A DNA stretch of 64,000 nt from an uncultured Actinomycetota bacterium (GTDB lineage Bacteria > Actinomycetota > Thermoleophilia > RBG-16-64-13): the NCBI GenBank assembly GCA_963736705.1, contig CAVTPV010000002.1, positions 14,663 through 78,662 of the forward strand. The letters run 5' to 3'. Below, piece by piece: positions 1 through 9,363 of this stretch; position 1 is the stretch's first letter, and each line of letters opens with the position of its first letter. The position numbers were made by a program, and so were the translations under genes. Under the pieces are notes generated by a model that saw nothing but the letters and a program-made list of their open reading frames with translations, ran no database searches and had not been told where the DNA came from.

Positions 1-65
1 ATCTCCGAGGAGTGGTCGCGATAGTACCAACGCTCCATCGCAGCGATGTCGTCGCATGCGCACAT
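1..65 (-). CDS. 5' end (21 codons) of a third copy of the uncharacterised MERW-motif paralog family; continues beyond the left edge
   Basis: My translation of the minus strand from ATG 65-63 gives MCACDDIAAMERWYYRDHSSE. It has the same N-terminal xxPxMERW motif as the copies starting at 1786 and 2613. There is an in-frame TGA directly upstream. It is below the size cut-off of the ORF track. Confidence 0.35.
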   Translation of the reverse strand, partial: MCACDDIAAMERWYYRDHSSE

Positions 66-153
66 CCATCATCACGATGCTCTTATACACCTGTCACCTC
101 TTCCTCGATGGGTTCATCGTCTCGTCGTCCCAAGACCCCGGTCGTCGAACCGG

Positions 154-979
154 CTACAGCCAGTTGTCCTTCTCTTCCGCGTAGATCCTCGGTAGGATCG
201 CCCGCAGCCGCGAGTACTCCTCGACGTTGTGAACCGCGAGAGCGCGCATGAGGTCTACCGGGAGTTTCACGAAACCCGGCAAGAACAAGTAAGGCTTCCT
301 GCCGATGATCTGGTAACCCGCCCAGAACCGCGTCCTGAACTCGATGCCGCCGGGTATCTCCCGTATGAAGTGCATCATGACGGCGGGAGACTTCATGCCG
401 GGAGGACCGTCCCGGACGTTGCTCAGTCCGTTCGCGCCCGCCAGCGTGGCCGCGTTCGGGGAGTGCCAGCGACTCATGTCGAACCCGAACTCCTCGGGGG
501 TCAGGAAGCTGATCCAAATGTTGCCTGGTGGTCCTGGCGATGCCCTCGACCACGTGGTGCGTGATGCCCTGGAACTTGAGCGCCGGCGGCGTGGCCTGGT
601 CGAGGATCTTCTTGCGCGAGGGCCCGCTGACTTCGACGCTTACGTGGGCCGGCGGATACCAGATCTTGTAGCGAAGAGGGTCGAGGCTGTGCCAGGCGAA
701 CCACCAGTTGACCATGTCGGCAGTGACGCCCGGCATCTTGTTGTTCACGGCCAGGTAGCCCGCACCGTTGGGCAGGATGCAGTAGCCCGTTTCCACTTCG
801 AAGTAGCCCGGGTCGAGGAAGTCGTTGATGTTCTCGATCCTCTGCGCCTTACTCGGGTCCATCGGGCCGTGGCTCAGTTGCTCCAGAAGACCGGCATCGG
901 GCTCGGCGATCGGCTCGTAGTACCACTTCGCGTAGCGCTTCGCCCTGTCGTCCGGGCTCAGTTCCTTCAGTTCAGCCAT
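154..979 (-). CDS. Possible DAPG-hydrolase (PhlG)-like protein; frame broken once near 530
   Basis: ATG 979 has GGAGG 8 nt upstream. MAELKELSPDD...GITHHVVEGIA lies in the 83..1369 track ORF. The continuation GPPGNIWISFLTPEEFGFDMSRWHSP...YAEEKDNWL lies in the 154..477 frame. Removing one base near 528-533 joins them. The family call rests only on remembered WWFAWH / RYKIWYPP-type motifs. Confidence 0.5.
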
Positions 980-998
980 CGTGTGTGCCTCCATCGGT

Positions 999-1786
999 TC
1001 AGACAAACGAGTACGCCGGCCTGCGTCTCTCGTCAGAGCGACACCGTTTGAAGTCGTTGGTGGGCGCCTCGAGAAGAAAGGTGCTTGCGAATTCTTCGTA
1101 TGGCCGGAGGAACGGGTACGTCTCTCTCGACGCCCAAGCCGGGCGAGTGAACGTGCCCGGGACTGTTGACCGTAGTCCCGCCAGGCCGAGCCTCGCTCGA
1201 ACCACAGTTCCGAGAGCCGGACCATGCCGCCCGACGCGGCGCCGGTGAACCTGGTGCTGAAGAAGCGCTTCAGCTCCGGCTGTTCGCACATCTCCGGCGC
1301 GTGCACGTTGACCCACCAATCGTCTGCTGCCTGGACATCAACGCCGGCCGGATACTTGTGGGCGACCACCCAGCGCAGATTGTGTCCGTCGTCAGGGTCC
1401 TGCCGGCGCCCTTGAAGTCGTTCGTGTACCGGCGGTTGAGAAAGCCTGCTGATCGGCGCTTCCGGCGCCCATCGGCCCGCTGACGCCTCGGCATCCCCGG
1501 CGGCTCAGATAGGCGTCGTACTCGGGCGGCCACGTGGCTCCCGTCGCTCGTCCGTGACGCCTTGCGGAGGCAGGTCGATGGGCGAGGTGTGCCACCAAAG
1601 CTCGGTCACCCTCCAGTTGTAGTAACCCCAATCCGAGGGTTTCTCCCCGTCGGGCATGGGAACAGGCCGGTGGCTGAAGTACCGATCAAGCCTCGGGCCT
1701 GCAGTGAGAAGCGTCTCGTCGACGTGCCGAGTCAGGAACCAGCGCTCCATGGTGGGCAGGTGGTCCATGCTCTGAAGGTTCGCCAT
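999..1786 (-). pseudogene. Broken paralog of the 1852..2613 gene (at least three frame changes)
   Basis: Pieces in three frames align colinearly with the intact neighbour. They are MANLQSMDHLPTMERW...YYNWRVTELWWHTSP (1505..1786), RRYTNDFKGAGRTL (1270..1533 frame), VAHKYPAGVDVQAADDWWVNVHAPEMCEQ (83..1369 frame) and PAWASRETYPFLRPYEEFASTFLLEAPTNDF (999..1319 frame). This could be real decay or assembly indels. Confidence 0.55.
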
Positions 1787-1851
1787 CAGTACTGACTCTC
1801 ATGCCATTCCTTTCGGCTGCACTTGAGCGGCCATACGGCCGACCCCCGGGG

Positions 1852-2613
1852 TCAGGGCGCCGGAACGTATCCTGTCCAAGTCCCTAGGAAGTCCTCGCTG
1901 GGGACTTCGAGCAGGAACGTGCTGGTGAATTCGATGTACGGAAGGAGGAACGGGTACCGCGGCCTCGATGCCCACGGAGGTTTGGTGTACTTCGGCGGGT
2001 TCCTCATGGCGTTGGCCCACGATGAGCCGTTGTCGAACCAGTATTCGGACCACCGGACCATCGGACTGACCGGGGGGAACGCGCAGAACTTCGTACTCAC
2101 GAACCGCCGCAGCAGCTCTTGCTCACACACCTCGGGCGCATGCACCCTGACCCACCAGTCGTCCGCTTCCTCCACGTCCACCCCGTCTGGATACCTGTGG
2201 GCGACGACCCATCGCAGGAAGGGAGGGTCGTCAAGCGTGGGCGCTTTGCCTTTGAAATCGTTGGTGTGCTCGCGAGGCATGAAGCCACCGGTTTCCGAGA
2301 AGGGCGCCCAGCCCGGCGCGCGAGGGTCGGTGCCCGGTCGACCGGTCATCTCGTTGTACGAGCCTTCCGTGGGCCAGCGCTCGCCAAGACTGGTCGATGT
2401 CTCCATCGGCGAGGTGTGCCACCAAAGTTCCGTCACGCGCCAGTTGTAGTAGCCCCATTCGGCGGCGTCCTCGCCGTCCGGCATGGGAACCGCGCGACAG
2501 GTGAAGTACCGGTCAAGCATGTGCCCTATCCGACCTATCGTGTCGGCGTTGTGCGGACCCGACAGCCACCGCTCCATGATCGGTAGATAGTCCAAGCTCT
2601 TGAGATTGACCAT
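1852..2613 (-). CDS. Conserved hypothetical two-part protein; weak resemblance to tandem EthD-like / dimeric alpha-beta-barrel domains
   Basis: Intact 253-codon frame from ATG 2613, aligned with the start of the paralog at 1786. The YYNWRVTELWWH and DDWWVRVHAPEV motifs are shared with the neighbouring copy. No confident family assignment. Confidence 0.6.
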   Translation of the reverse strand: MVNLKSLDYLPIMERWLSGPHNADTIGRIGHMLDRYFTCRAVPMPDGEDAAEWGYYNWRVTELWWHTSPMETSTSLGERWPTEGSYNEMTGRPGTDPRAPGWAPFSETGGFMPREHTNDFKGKAPTLDDPPFLRWVVAHRYPDGVDVEEADDWWVRVHAPEVCEQELLRRFVSTKFCAFPPVSPMVRWSEYWFDNGSSWANAMRNPPKYTKPPWASRPRYPFLLPYIEFTSTFLLEVPSEDFLGTWTGYVPAP

Positions 2614-2688
2614 GAATGCCAGTCTCAACGCGACCTTCCTCTCAGTAGATCCTGCGCAACCACTCTGTAACAAAGACTCGCGGGACCC

Positions 2689-2717
2689 ACTATAGAGTTA
2701 GCGGACGCGCTTGTCAA
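2689..2717 (-). promoter_or_regulatory. Near-consensus sigma-A type promoter (TTGACA - 17 nt - TATAGT) reading leftward
   Basis: The minus strand reads CTTGACAAGcgcgtccgctAACTCTATAGT, with -35 at 2717-2712, -10 at 2694-2689 and a 17-nt spacer. It lies about 75 nt upstream of ATG 2613. Confidence 0.6.
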
Positions 2718-2775
2718 GCGAGATGAAGCGACGCTTAGGGAGCGTGAGGGCGGCGCTATCTGCGCGCTCGGAAGC

Positions 2776-3828
2776 TCAGGTCCTCCAGGCGCGAGCGGGA
2801 CCGGAAGGTGTCAGTCTGCTGGCGACCGGTGGCGGCGTTTCGAACGGTGAAACCGGAACTTGCCCGTTCGCGACTCCCTTGACCGTGCTCCCAGGAGCGG
2901 AGGCGATCTGGTTGATCAGGCCATCGTATTTGCCCAGGAGCTCGCGCACGGCGAAGTCCCCGGACCAGATCGCCCGGACACAGGCGAAGATGGCGACGGA
3001 CGCACGCAGGGCTTCGAGAAGAGACACGTGCCTGCCCATCATCGAGATCACGCGGACGGCGTCGCCGAAACCGAGCAGTCCGTGGGCGAACGTGTCTTCA
3101 TGCAGACCTTGCCGGCGTGCGCTCGTTCCGAAGTGCCTCCAGCTCGTCTATCGTCGGTTGAACGAGCTTGTTCAAGATCCTCTCGGCCACCCCGTGGCGC
3201 GTCTTCACCCTGAGTCCAGCTTTCCGCCCTCAGGAGCGAGAGGAACAAGGGGCTGTTCTTCTGAAGCGACACGAAGGCATCCATGCGCATCAGCAGACGC
3301 TCGTACGGGATCCACGACCGACTTGATCGCGCTTTCATTCGCGACGACCAGCCAGCCGACGTACACCTCCAAGGACTCAAGGAACAGCGCGCGTTTCGTC
3401 GGAAAATGGGAGTAGAGGACCTGCTTGTTAACGCCCACATCCTTGACGATGTCGGCAACGCGAGTTCCCGCGTACCCGGCGCTCGCAAAGCGGCGAGCCG
3501 CTGCCTCGAGGATGGACTGCCGTTCCATGTCGGCCCGGCGGGCGTGGTTATCCGGGTATAGGTCCGCCGGCTCCTGGGCCTCCCCAAGCTCCTGCTTGAT
3601 GGCCGGGAGCGACAACCCCTGATTCTTCAGCCGCTCGATCGCGCTAAGGCGATCGAGATGCTGCTGGGAATACAAGGCTCTCGTGGCTGCGGTCTTCAAG
3701 CCGGGGGAGAGCAGCTTCTCCCGAAGATAGAAGTGGATGGTCGTACGCGGCACGCCCGATGCGCGCTCCAGTTGCGATATCGTCAACGAAGGCGAGTCAT
3801 TCACGTTGTCACCAAGATGAAGAGTCAT
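2776..3828 (-). CDS. MerR-type HTH fused to a TetR/AcrR-type regulator; frame broken 2-3 times in the C-terminal half
   Basis: The N-terminus LTISQLERASGVPRTTIHFYLREKLL...LDRLSAIERLKNQGLSL looks like a MerR HTH. It is followed by RQSILEAAARRFASAGYAGTRVADIVKDVGVNKQVLYSHFPTKRALF, which looks like a TetR HTH. Plausible ligand-domain pieces continue in the 3048..3587 frame (IPYERLLMRMDAFVSLQKNSPLF) and the 2776..3051 frame. Confidence 0.6.
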
Positions 3829-3923
3829 GTTCCGGGCAACGCCGGCGCCGAGGCCCGCTACCGGATCACGTTGTCAAGTGAGCCCACGTCCGCATGACAG
3901 ATTACCGCGTCAGGGGAAGGAAT

Positions 3924-3951
3924 GAGGGAGGCCACGTGTGTGGCCTCCCTC
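3924..3951 (-). terminator. Hairpin downstream of the Liv-type operon
   Basis: GAGGGAGGCCAC-gtgt-GTGGCCTCCCTC forms a perfect 12-bp stem, 42 nt after the stop at 3993. The minus-strand tail ATTCCTTCC is only moderately U-rich. Confidence 0.5.
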
Positions 3952-3992
3952 CAGGGGCGCTGCGTCGAGATGCCCAGGGGCAGCGTTATCTG

Positions 3993-5579
3993 CTATTTCG
4001 GGATCGTGTACTCGCCTGTCCCGCCGGTAGGACCTTCAACCATGATCTTCACGGCCTTGTCGACGACTGAGGAATAGTCGACCTTGCCATCAGCCGTCGT
4101 GAAGTCGGCGACCTTGGCGCCGCCCGCGTCAACGGCCCAGATCTTGGCGGCGAAGCTGCCTGAGGTGGAGACGGGAAAGACCATTCCCGGCTGAGGCGTG
4201 TCCGTGATCAGGACGACATGGTTGCCCAGATCTTTGAAGGAGATACCTGCTCTGCGGCGACGGTAGTTGTGGGACCACCCTCGGCGGGAGGAGCGGCAGG
4301 CGGTTCGACCGTCTTCACGTAGACGAACTTGCCGTCCTTGACCGTGTACTGGAACATGCCCCCGTGAGCGCCGTCGTGGACTGTCCGGTGAGAAAGTGTA
4401 GAGCCCACCCACAGTCGCCAGCTCGTTCGTCGCCTCAATGGCGTCCCTGAGTTTGGCCTGGTCGGTGCCACCCCGCTTGAGCGCGTCGACCAACACGGCG
4501 AAAGCGTCATACCCAAGGGTGGCGAACAGGCCCGGGTTCTCGCCGTACTCCGCATTGAACCGCGCAATGAACTCTGTGGCGATCGCTTTGCTGGGAGCGC
4601 TATCGGGGATCGCGGACGGATCCATCGTAGCCTTGCCCATGAAGACCAGACCTTCCACGGGCGCAGGGCCCAGAGCGAACAGCCTCTGCGAGCCCACGTT
4701 GGCGGTCGTGTAGATGGGAACCGTGATGCCGAGATCCCGCAGTCCCTTGCAGATGTATGGGGCCTGGTTCTCGTCCATCCCGATATAGAGAGCCTCCGCT
4801 CCCTCTTTCTTCACCGCGGCGGCGATCTTGGTCACCACTCCCGAGAAGTCCATCTCGGTGACATCCCACGTATCGTCGTACTTGATGAAGGTTAGGCCGA
4901 GCCTTGCTGCCCATCGCCTGCGAAAGCTGTGAGTTGCTCGGAGCTATCCCGGCATGTTCTCGGCAAAACCGACCCACTTCTTCAAGCCGGTCTCCTGCAT
5001 CATTTGGAGGCTCATGGCCATCATCCCCATGACCGTGTAGTCGACCGCGAAGGTGTACTTCTGCACAGTCGTGTCCGCGGGAGACTTCGGCGTCAAGTAG
5101 ATGATCGGCACACCGCGCCTTCTCGGCGAGCAGCCCCACGGGCGAGGAGACGAACATGGCGAAGGGACCCAGGATGGCGGTGACCTTGTCGTCCTGGATC
5201 AATTTGGTCGCGGCCACCACGCCCTTCTGGGCGTCGGAACCGTCATCGGCCATGATGAATTCGATAGGACGACCGTCGATGCCACCGGCCGCATTGAGGA
5301 GCTTGAGCTCGAGTTTGAGCGCGTCGATCACCTCTGAGCTGGCGGCAGCCGCCATTCCCGTCGCCGAGTAGAGCAGCCCGATCTTGATCGGCTCTCCCGT
5401 CGCGGGTACGCCGGTGGTCGAGACCGAATCCGTGGACCCGGGAGTAGACGTTCCCGACGTGGTGGCTGGTGTGGCGGTGGTACTCGTGCTCTCCGTCCGA
5501 GGACCCGCACCCAGCGGCCGCACAGAGCGATCACGATCAGGATCGCCAGCACCAACGCGACGAAGTGTTTGCCTTTCAC
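3993..5579 (-). CDS. Branched-chain amino-acid ABC transporter substrate-binding lipoprotein (LivJ/K-like) with an extra C-terminal domain; several frame breaks
   Basis: GTG 5579 follows GGAGGG. The signal/lipobox is KGKHFVALVLAILIVIALC. The type-I periplasmic binding-fold text is IKIGLLYSATGMAAAASSEVIDALKLELKLLNAAGGIDGRPIEFIMADDGSD...VTAILGPF, then YIGMDENQAPYICKGLRDLGITVPIYT...ARFNAEYGENPGLFATLGYDA. The pieces lie in the 5328..5639, 4600..5994, 3993..4853 and 4208..4567 frames. Confidence 0.7.
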
Positions 5580-5632
5580 AGTTCTGTCCCCCTCCTTCTT
5601 TGCACCCTTTGCGTACACCCACACTGCGCTGG

Positions 5633-6336
5633 TCAGCACAGATAGAGCCGGCGAAGCAGATCGTCTTGCCCGAGTTCGAAGCCCGTGCCACGGAAGACGA
5701 CGTTTCCGTTCTGAAGAACCAGGCAGCGACGGGAGATGGACGCTGCCAGTGCCGCGTTCTGCTCGACCATGACGAGCGTGAGCCCCTCTTTGTTGAGCTC
5801 AGCCAGGGCGGCGAAGATGTCTTCGGCGACGAGCGGCGCCAACCCCATCGACGGTTCATCGCAAAGCAGCAATCTCGGGCGCCCCATGAGGGCTCTGCCG
5901 ATCGAGAGCATCTGCTGCTCCCCGCCTGAGAGCGTGCCCGCGGGCTGGCGCCGCCGTTCGGCCAAGATCGGAAAGAGGGCGTAAACAAGGTCATAGTCGC
6001 TCTCGAGCTCGCGCTTCTTGCGACGAGGAGGCGCGGCGACCAGGAGATTGTCCTGCACGCCGAGGTCCGGGAAGATGTGCCTTCCCTCGGGAACCAGGCA
6101 GATGCCTTGGGCCGCCAACTTGTCGCTCGGAAGTCCGGTGATCCGCTTGCCCGTCGAGTGAGACCTCGCCCTTGCTCGGCCGAAGCACACCCGCGATCGT
6201 GGCGAGAAGGGTGCTCTTGCCGGCGCCATCGGCGCCGAGAACGGTCAGCATCTCGCCTCGAGGCACCTCGAATGAGACGTCATGCAAGCACTTGGCCGGC
6301 GCCATAGGACACGCACAGCCCATCGACCGACAGCAA
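5633..6336 (-). CDS. livF: Branched-chain amino-acid ABC transporter ATP-binding protein LivF-like; two frame breaks
   Basis: Walker A is [11 protein letters not shown], the signature is LSGGEQQML and Walker B is [11 protein letters not shown]. The N-terminus [12 protein letters not shown] is in the tail of the 6280..7926 ORF, with a candidate TTG start at 6336. The middle is in the 5991..6407 frame and the rest in 5633..6229. Confidence 0.7.
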
Positions 6337-6364
6337 CGGGGCACACGCCTCCGGACGGCCGGCG

Positions 6365-7272
6365 TCATCCGACGACCGGCTCCGGAGCAAGCCTCGCCGA
6401 CCTCCACAGACCCCGCTCCGAGGTACGCCTCGCAGCACCGCGGGGTCCCGCTGCACCTCTTCAGGCCGGCCGCTCGCGATCAACTTCCCGTGATCGAGCA
6501 CCCATACCCAGTCAGAGATGCCCATGACGAGCTCCATGTTGTGCTCCACGAGCAAGACAGCGATGCCCGACTCTCGTATCCGCCCGATGCGGTCGATGAG
6601 ATGGGCCCGCTCCCCGGCGTGCATACCGGCACAGGGCTCGTCCAGGAGCAGCAGCCGGGGCTTCGTGGCCAATGCCCGCGCGATCTCCACGAGCCTCTGC
6701 CCCCCGTAGGGAAGGGAGGCTGCCGGTAGGTTCGCCTGTTTCTCCAGCCCCACAAGGCGGATCGCCTCCATGGCGGCCTCGCGTGAAGCCGCTTCTTCTT
6801 TCTTTGGACCCGGCAGTCCCAGCCCGGTGCCGAAGAAGCCGGCTCGTTCGTGACGGTGCCGGCCGACCATGACGTTCTCCAGGACGGTCATGTTCACGAA
6901 GATGCGCAGGTTCTGGAACGTCCGGGCCATACCCAGACGAGCCGCGTCGGCGACACCGAGTCTGGTCACTTCGACGCCGTCAAGGAACACACTTCCCGCG
7001 GCGGGCTTCTGCAGGCGGGTGACGACGTTGAACAGCGTCGTCTTCCCCGCCCCGTTCGGCCCGATGACCGCGGCGATCTCTCCCTCGCGCACGCTGAGAG
7101 AGACCCGGTCCACCGCCACCAGCCCGCCGAAATTGACGCTTACTCCCTCGACCTTCAGTAGTTCTCGCCTGTCGGCCGGCTCGGCCGCTGCGACAGCGGG
7201 CCGCTCCTCCGCAGATCCCTGGCCCCCAGAGGAGAGTTCGTGGACCGGGCCGGAACTGGGCAGCAGCCGCAT
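6365..7272 (-). CDS. livG: Branched-chain amino-acid ABC transporter ATP-binding protein LivG-like; boundaries approximate
   Basis: Motifs seen are [49 protein letters not shown] and [11 protein letters not shown]. The C-terminal EAYLG motif appears only after a 1-nt frame change near 6432. The N-terminal boundary is unclear because the frame is continuous with livM; ATG 7272 is a candidate start. Confidence 0.65.
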
Positions 7273-8222
7273 GCGTAGCTGGGTCACTCGTTTCCCGCGC
7301 AGAAGGCCAAACAGGCCGGCGGGGAGGAACATGATGAGCAGGATCAGCACGACCGAATAGATGAGGCCGGAATACTGCAGAGCCCCCGAGAAGGCGTTGG
7401 AGAGCGAGGTCATGACGACTGCGCCGACCACGCAGGCCCAAAGGCTCCCGGGCCCGCCGACAAGCATCATGATCATGGGAAAGAGGGCCACGCTGAAGGT
7501 GAAGCTGTTCGGGCTGATGGCCCCGACGGTGAGGACGAGCAGTCCGCCTCCGATCCCGCAGATGGTGGCGCTCATGACGAAGGCGAGCAGCTTCCACCTG
7601 TGCGTCCGGACGCCGAGCGAAGATGCGCCCACATCGCTCACGGCGAGCGATCGCAGGGCTCGTCCCGGGCGGCCTCTGAGCGCCCGTTGCAGGAAGAAGA
7701 GTATGAGCAGAGCTACGACCCAGATCAGGTAGTACCGGCTGCGAGGACTGTCGAAGGTGAAGCCGAAGATGCTGAGCGAAGGAATGCCGCCAAGCCCGTT
7801 CTGGCCATTGGTCAGTCCCCTCGCTTGGTTCACGAGGACCAGGAAGATCTGCCCCAAACCGATGGTGGCAAGCGCAAGGTAGAAGTACTTCAGCTTGAGG
7901 ACCGGCCGTCCCACGATCAAAGCCACCAGGCCGGCGGCGGCGGCGCCCGCGACCCAAGCAGCAAGGGTAGGGACGTGGGCTTTCAGAGCAGCAGACCGGT
8001 CGTATAGGCCCCGATCCCGTAGAACGCCGCGTGTCCGAACGAGAACTGGCCCGCCTGACCGAGGATCAAGGCGACGGCCAGGGTGAGGATCGCGTAGAGG
8101 CCGGCCGAAGCCATGACGCTCCTTGCAACGCCGCTCGAGGAAACGAGGGGCAGGACGAGGATCGCGACGACGAAGACCACCTTGGCGCCCAGCACGTAGT
8201 GCTTGGCGATCAATGCGCGCAT
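7273..8222 (-). CDS. livM: Branched-chain amino-acid ABC permease LivM-like; one frame break near 7984; no stop before livG in this frame
   Basis: ATG 8222 overlaps the livH stop (TGATG). MRALIAKHYVLGAKVVF...GQFSFGHAAFYGIGAYTTGLLL continues as KAHVPTLAAWVAG...LIVGRPVLKLKYFYLALATIGLGQIF...GGIPSL in the 6280..7926 frame. Confidence 0.65.
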
Positions 8223-9107
8223 CAGGCCCTGCCCTCCATCAGCGGAGTCCTCAGCAGGCCTTGGGGACGGAGGTAGAGCACGAGAAGAAGCACCACGAAG
8301 GAGACTGCGTCCTTGTATCCGCTGGGAAGGAAGCCGATCGGAGACGGCCTCGATGATCCCGATGGCGAACCCCCCGACCACGGCGCCACCGGTGCTGCCC
8401 CAGCCGCCGAAAATGGCGGCGACGAATCCCTTGAGCGAGTAGATGCCTCCCGCGGCGAAGCTCACAGGCGTGAGAGACCCGATGGCCAGCCCTCCGATCG
8501 CCCCGATCACAGCACTTATGGTGAACGCCAAGAAGACCATCTTCTGGGGGGAGATCCCGACCAGACCGGCGGCGAACGGATCGCTGGCCGTCGCCCGCAT
8601 GCGTTTCCCCACTCGCGTCCGGTTGTTGAGCAGGTACAAGGCGGTGACAACGAGCGCCGTCAAGCCCACGACCCATAGAGTCTGCGGGCTTATCACGGCG
8701 CCCCCGACCAAGATGGGGTCGCTTCCGGTGAACGGAGGGATCGGGACGGGATAACCGCCCCACTTGAGCAGAGTGACGTTTTCGAAGAAGAGGCTGAGGC
8801 CGATGGTGACCATCACCATCGACACCAGCGAGACCGACAGAAGCGGAGCGATGACCAACCGGTACATGAGCAGGCTGACGAGGACCACTCCCACTATCGA
8901 GAGCAGCCCGGCGACCCAGAAGGGCAGCCCCCATGAAGAGATGAAAGAGTAGGCGAAGACCGCGCTGAGCATGACGAAAGAGCCTTGGGCGAAGTTCACC
9001 ACCCGGGAGGTTTGGTAGATGGTGGTGAATCCGAGGCCGACAAGCGCATAGACCGAGCCGGCGGCAATACCGGAGATGATCAGTTGAACCCAGCTAACGG
9101 CATCCAT
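8222..9107 (-). CDS. livH: Branched-chain amino-acid ABC permease LivH-like; one frame break near 8337
   Basis: MDAVSWVQLIISGIAAGSVYALVGLGFTTIYQTSRVVNFAQG is typical of LivH. After GIIEAVS the expected tail (I)GFLPSGYKDAVSFVVLLLVLYLRPQGLLRTPLMEGRA-stop is recovered by dropping one base in tccGatcggc. Confidence 0.75.
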
Positions 9108-9214
9108 TGTCTCGCCCCGCTCCGCTCTCCGGGGGTAGCGGCCTGCCCAGCGTCATCGCCGCTGAGGGCGCTGCCCCTCGTCGGATTCACTATTCAATCA
9201 AACCTGCGGGTCTG

Positions 9215-9243
9215 ACTATAGAGTTCGAGCAGAACCTTGTCAA
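9215..9243 (-). promoter_or_regulatory. Near-consensus promoter (TTGACA - 17 nt - TATAGT) for the Liv-type operon
   Basis: The minus strand reads CTTGACAAGgttctgctcgAACTCTATAGT, with -35 at 9243-9238 and -10 at 9220-9215. It has the same flanking bases as the promoter at 2689-2717. It lies about 105 nt upstream of ATG 9107. Confidence 0.6.
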
Positions 9244-9311
9244 GACAGAAAGGATGACGGCATCCCGGCGGCGCCGACGCCGCCTCCTCGACGCGAATCC
9301 CCAACAAAGAA

Positions 9312-9339
9312 GGGCGGCGCCCCGCGAGGGGCGCCGCCC
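9312..9339 (-). terminator. Intrinsic terminator after trpB2
   Basis: GGGCGGCGCCCC-gcga-GGGGCGCCGCCC forms a perfect 12-bp stem. On the minus strand it is followed by TTCTTTGTT, and it lies 25 nt after the stop at 9364. Confidence 0.75.
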
Positions 9340-9363
9340 AGAAGAAACGATCCTTCTTAAGCC

